Source of the DNA: Candidatus Pacebacteria bacterium CG_4_9_14_0_2_um_filter_40_15
GTDB lineage: Bacteria; Patescibacteriota; Microgenomatia; UBA1400; PJMF01
Assembly: GCA_002788675.1 (NCBI GenBank)
Contig: PFRS01000005.1
Span: 67,731-131,730 of the forward strand
DNA: 64,000 nucleotides
Reading direction: 5' to 3'
Positions 60,424 through 64,000 of the stretch are shown piece by piece. Positions within the stretch are counted from its first letter, which is position 1, and each line of letters starts with the position of its first letter. The notes under the pieces are model-generated. The model was not told where the DNA came from. It searched no databases and was given only the letters and a program-made list of their open reading frames with translations. The translations under genes were made by a program, and so were the position numbers.

Positions 60424-60912
60424 ATGCCCAAAAAATCAAAAACAAATGTTCCATTGCTACTATCGTCAATACTGCTTTCCCAACTCGCTGGCGCTATTGG
60501 TTCTATTTTTACTGCTTCGTCAATTCCAACTTGGTATGCAACACTAACTAAGCCATTTTTTAATCCTCCAAACTGGCTGTTTGGACCTGTCTGGATTACG
60601 CTCTACACCCTGATGGGTATAGCGCTGTACATAGTATGGAATAAAGCAAACGCATCTAAGAAAAAGAATTATTTTCCAGTTTGGCTCTTTCTAGCTCATC
60701 TAGTGATTAATACACTCTGGTCAATCATTTTCTTTGGAGTCAAAGATTTACTGGCTGCACTACTCACCATTTTCCTGCTCTGGGGAATGATCTTTGCACT
60801 TATTAAAATGTTCTATAAAATTGAGAAAAAAGCCGCTTATTTACTCTATCCCTACCTAGCTTGGGTCAGCTTTGCTACCCTGTTGAATGCAGCTCTCCTT
60901 CTTTTAAACTAA
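60424..60912 (+). CDS. tspO: TspO/MBR family tryptophan-rich sensory protein
   Basis: Five-TM, WYATLTKPFFNPPNWLFGPVWITLY motif. Confidence 0.8.
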   Translation: MPKKSKTNVPLLLSSILLSQLAGAIGSIFTASSIPTWYATLTKPFFNPPNWLFGPVWITLYTLMGIALYIVWNKANASKKKNYFPVWLFLAHLVINTLWSIIFFGVKDLLAALLTIFLLWGMIFALIKMFYKIEKKAAYLLYPYLAWVSFATLLNAALLLLN

Positions 60913-60925
60913 TCTGAACTCAAAG

Positions 60926-60954
60926 TTCACAGTCTCGAACTCCCATGATATAAT
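60926..60954 (+). promoter_or_regulatory. Putative promoter of tRNA-Glu (TTCACA-17 bp-TATAAT)
   Basis: Hexamers read directly from the sequence, about 22 nt upstream of the tRNA 5' end. Confidence 0.45.
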
Positions 60955-60976
60955 TTCTGGGTTCTACATCTAACAC

Positions 60977-61051
60977 GGCCCCATCGTCTATCGGCTAGGA
61001 CACCAGGTTCTCATCCTGGTAAGCGCGGTTCGATTCCGCGTGGGGTCACCA
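60977..61051 (+). tRNA. tRNA-Glu (anticodon CUC), CCA encoded
   Basis: Manual cloverleaf: GGCCCCA/TGGGGTC acceptor, anticodon stem CCAGG/CCTGG with loop TTCTCAT, T-arm CGCGG-TTCGATT-CCGCG. Overall similarity to bacterial tRNA-Glu. Confidence 0.85.
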
Positions 61052-62568
61052 AAGACGACACCCATCGTGTCGAAGTTAAAAATAGCTTGGTACATTGGGT
61101 TAATTTCGTGGTTCAATGTACCATCATTGTTATATTGTATCCCAGAAGGAAAGATTGAACCGAGAAGTGCCTTAACTTGAGGTACTGTGGATCTTCTATA
61201 CGTAGCTCCCAAATCACTCAAAGTATCTCGGACAAAGACTATGATCTTATTAATGTCATACTTTTCCAGAGTTGAATTTGCTTTTGCTACATGTGCTTTT
61301 TGTAATTTTTTCTCTATAAGAGCATTTTGCTCCGTAAATATTTCGTCAGTGTAAATACCCATCATATTTTTTTCAACAAGGACTTTTCTCATGTCCTTGA
61401 GGCGCTGTATTTCACTGTCCGATTGGTTTTTGGCTTGCTTTACATGCTTCAGCCTCCTTTCATATTCTTCTAATACAAATTTTGTAAACATATCAAGGCA
61501 TTCTTTTTTTGGTTGAATTGATTGAAGCAACTCAACAACGGCATCATCTAGTTTTTCAGCTCTAATTGATGTGGTTTTACAACCTCCTGCACAACGATAA
61601 TACGGATAGCGTTTTGATCTGCCTTTACTCCATCCTGCAGTTAAACCTATTCCACACTCACTACATTTAACCACTCTTCTAAGAGGAAATGTTTTATCTG
61701 TTCGTTCTTTTTTAATGTTAGTCGCTTTTTTACTAACACAACGACCATCAAGGATTTCCTGTACTTTATAAAAGTGTTCAAGAGAAACCATTGGTCTGTG
61801 TTGACCCTGCACCTCTTCCTTATATGTATCAGAAGTTAGAATGCCTGCATAAAACTTACTTCTGAAAATCTTCTGAACCGTCTGTACTTTAAATGTGATT
61901 TCCTTTCCTTTATGAACTGTGCGTAAACCCATTTTCTCCATAATTCTGGTCATTTCTCGCAATCCTTTTGTTCCAGTTGCCATCAAGTCCCAACACTGCC
62001 CCATCAAATCCCATTTTTCAGGATCCTCGACAGGAAATTTATCGGCATTCATAATATACCCTAGCGGGGGTTTTCTCGAGATTAATCCAGATTTAAAGCG
62101 AGCATACATACCATTTCTAGTTCTTTCACTCCTAACATCGTTGTCATGCTGGGCAAAACTAGCCATGATTGTTTCTAATAATGTATCTGTGGGTGATGTT
62201 CCAGTTGGCTCTGAAGCTGAAATAAGTTCAATCATATGGCTTATAAGTGTTTTTCTAATTGAAAGATAATCTGATGTCTGACGAGATAAGCGATCAAGTC
62301 TATAAATAATTACTGCTCCCAAACTGCTCTTGTTTTTTTTACAAAACTGGAGCATCTCAAGCAACTCAGGACGACCATGAATAGTTTTAGCTGATCTACC
62401 TTCTTCTCTAAAAATCTTGATTACCTTAAATCCTTTTCTCACTGCTTCTTTGCGACAAATGTCTTCTTGAGTATCTAAGGAAAAATTATCAACTTGTTCC
62501 TCCGTTGAAACACGTAAATATATGACTGCATCTGTTTTTTGTGGTGGTTCGGAATAATCTCTAGTCAT
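60988..62568 (-). CDS. Large serine recombinase (resolvase/invertase N-terminal domain, recombinase domain and zinc ribbon)
   Basis: AVIYLRVSTEEQ (catalytic Ser), LDRLSR, C-terminal CSECG...C...CAGGC zinc ribbon. 526 aa. The 3' end overlaps tRNA-Glu by about 64 nt. Confidence 0.8.
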   Translation of the reverse strand: MTRDYSEPPQKTDAVIYLRVSTEEQVDNFSLDTQEDICRKEAVRKGFKVIKIFREEGRSAKTIHGRPELLEMLQFCKKNKSSLGAVIIYRLDRLSRQTSDYLSIRKTLISHMIELISASEPTGTSPTDTLLETIMASFAQHDNDVRSERTRNGMYARFKSGLISRKPPLGYIMNADKFPVEDPEKWDLMGQCWDLMATGTKGLREMTRIMEKMGLRTVHKGKEITFKVQTVQKIFRSKFYAGILTSDTYKEEVQGQHRPMVSLEHFYKVQEILDGRCVSKKATNIKKERTDKTFPLRRVVKCSECGIGLTAGWSKGRSKRYPYYRCAGGCKTTSIRAEKLDDAVVELLQSIQPKKECLDMFTKFVLEEYERRLKHVKQAKNQSDSEIQRLKDMRKVLVEKNMMGIYTDEIFTEQNALIEKKLQKAHVAKANSTLEKYDINKIIVFVRDTLSDLGATYRRSTVPQVKALLGSIFPSGIQYNNDGTLNHEINPMYQAIFNFDTMGVVFGDPTRNRTALTRMRTWCPSR

Positions 62569-62752
62569 ATATACGAGTATTCAATAATTCATCAATCGTT
62601 TTACCTTCAAAAACTTGTTTTTCAAATTGATCAAGCCAACCTCGTGCTAAATATTTCATTTCTACAACTGTTTCTGGACTCATTGATTTTTGGGGTAAAG
62701 TAGGAACATTATTTGGATGGGATTTTTTGTTTAATTCTTGGCTATTTTTCAT
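62561..62752 (-). CDS. Small ORF (63 aa) overlapping the recombinase start by 8 nt; possible accessory or directionality factor
   Basis: Position only. Confidence 0.3.
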   Translation of the reverse strand: MKNSQELNKKSHPNNVPTLPQKSMSPETVVEMKYLARGWLDQFEKQVFEGKTIDELLNTRIYD

Positions 62753-62893
62753 CTATTTTAACCCTTGTTTAACTATCCGTATATGGCTAGTATATATACT
62801 ATTACGGATAGTTGTCAAGAGTAATTTATTGCCAAAAACCAGAGGTTAGAGTATACTTCATCACAATATTGTCTGCCCAAAGAAATAAAGGGC

Positions 62894-64000
62894 ATGGCTA
62901 TTGATTTAAGCAAACTTCAATCACAATTTTCTCCCAAAGTAATTCCATCAGTCGACTGGTCTATTTTTTATTTTTTCCTCGTTACTCTAACTGTACTTCT
63001 TGCTAACCTCGGAGTTACTTACCTGATCATCAAGCTTCTACTTGCGTACAAACTTCACAAAACAAAGCATGTCTTTTTAGAAATAAAGCCATTAAAAAAG
63101 ACTGAGCTTAACCCTTACTCAACAGAACAACTCTTCAATCTGTTTCACAGCATAACTAGTCAAAAGACTTTCCTTGAGAGAATGTTTGGAGTTAGCAAGA
63201 GTATTAGCTTGGAAATTGTTTCAACTAAAACAGATGGTATTAAATACGTGATCAGAACTCCTCATCAACTAGCAAGCCTCATTAAAAATAGCCTACTGTC
63301 ATACCTACCTGGAATCGAAATCAGTACCGCTTCTGAATATCTACATGACAACCCAAATACATTTACTGCTCAACTAAAACTTTCAAAGCACTTCGCTTTT
63401 CCACTCAAGGCTCATGATAACTTAGAAACTAATGATCCGATTGCCTACTTAACAGGTGCCATGACCAAACTTAAGGAGGGTGAGCTCCTGGCATATCAGG
63501 TGATGATTAGCCCAATCTCAAAATCAAAACTACCAGAGATTAAAAGATTGCAAAAATTAATCACTAATAAACAAGATCTCACTGCAGAAATTGCTCATGC
63601 ACACACAGCGGCTTGGCTTTATGTTGGCATTTCTTATCTGCTTCAAATTCTGCTGTTACCTCTCGGAATACTAGTCTTTCTCGCAACAGATGGTAAAGAT
63701 GGACCATTGTTGCCGATTCCACGAATACTAAAAGGTAAAGAAACTAGTAATGCATATCAAAGTGAGATCGAAACACTGGTAAAAAAGAAAATAGACCAAC
63801 CGCTATATAGAGCTTCCATCAGAATACTTTCTCAATCGTATTCTCAAAGCACGGCCAAAAAAAGATCTCGGGGTTTCATGTCTACACTCAGATCGATTAG
63901 TGGCACACAATACCAACACCTCACGCAAAGCCTTCGACTACCCATAATTCAAATAAATACTTTCAAGACTTTTCTGTTTAAACGCAGAATATCATTGCCA
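62894..64000 (+). CDS. Hypothetical membrane protein, 3'-truncated by the window end (at least 369 aa)
   Basis: ATG at 62894. The frame stays open to nt 64000. Two hydrophobic segments (aa ~20-50 and ~245-270). Confidence 0.4.
   Translation, partial: MAIDLSKLQSQFSPKVIPSVDWSIFYFFLVTLTVLLANLGVTYLIIKLLLAYKLHKTKHVFLEIKPLKKTELNPYSTEQLFNLFHSITSQKTFLERMFGVSKSISLEIVSTKTDGIKYVIRTPHQLASLIKNSLLSYLPGIEISTASEYLHDNPNTFTAQLKLSKHFAFPLKAHDNLETNDPIAYLTGAMTKLKEGELLAYQVMISPISKSKLPEIKRLQKLITNKQDLTAEIAHAHTAAWLYVGISYLLQILLLPLGILVFLATDGKDGPLLPIPRILKGKETSNAYQSEIETLVKKKIDQPLYRASIRILSQSYSQSTAKKRSRGFMSTLRSISGTQYQHLTQSLRLPIIQINTFKTFLFKRRISLP

Larger units (their letters stand above)
60977..64000. mobile_element. Probable left end of a tRNA-Glu-associated integrative element (continues beyond the window)
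   Basis: tRNA, overlapping serine recombinase, translationally coupled small upstream ORF, then an unrelated membrane-protein gene running off the window end. The right boundary is not visible. Confidence 0.4.

Noticed and set aside
1-64000. CRISPR arrays, rRNA genes, IS elements
   Set aside because: No regularly spaced short direct repeats, no rRNA-like conserved stretches, and no transposase-like ORF with terminal inverted repeats were seen. The only mobile-element signatures are the two tRNA-associated sites described.

Overview
This is a gene-dense, AT-rich bacterial chromosomal window with roughly 60 CDS and two tRNAs, and no rRNA or CRISPR array. The gene content points to a small-genome, likely CPR/Patescibacteria-like organism; this is inference only. 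Supporting content is a short AspRS without the GAD domain, separate SecD and SecF genes, many GT-C glycosyltransferases and a giant surface protein.

Recognisable housekeeping genes are aminopeptidase (partial), fbaB, an alpha-glucan phosphorylase, a KefB-like antiporter, dinB, a DEAD-box helicase, corA, recJ, cca, secDF, rseP, frr, aspS, msrAB, tspO, an MFS transporter and a DD-carboxypeptidase.

Features worth attention, in window order:
- (a) tRNA-Gln(CUG) followed 165 bp later by an 18-bp copy of its own 3' end, which looks like an att-site scar.
- (b) A secreted 891-aa fusion of an RCC1-type beta-propeller to a metzincin-like zinc protease.
- (c) An ApbE flavin transferase, a membrane-anchored FMN-binding-like protein and a lone RnfD/NqrB-like membrane protein in one small locus.
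- (d) A ~10-kb glycosylation island on the minus strand with three GT-C-type transferases, two Dpm1-like GT2 polyprenol-phosphate sugar synthases, gmd, an Rmd/Fcl-like reductase and a nucleotide-sugar dehydrogenase.
- (e) A 600-bp non-coding region between aspS and a 435-aa orphan gene. It appears to hold a T-box-like leader for aspS on the minus strand and a separate promoter, leader and terminator unit on the plus strand. The plus-strand unit sits in front of the 435-aa orphan protein, whose C-terminal half weakly resembles a RelA/SpoT-type nucleotidyltransferase domain.
- (f) A five-gene secreted-protein operon ending in a 1644-aa surface protein.
- (g) tRNA-Glu(CUC) directly abutted and overlapped by a 526-aa large serine recombinase gene. 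This is probably the left end of an integrated element that continues past the window end.

No functional names are offered where only an ORF is visible.
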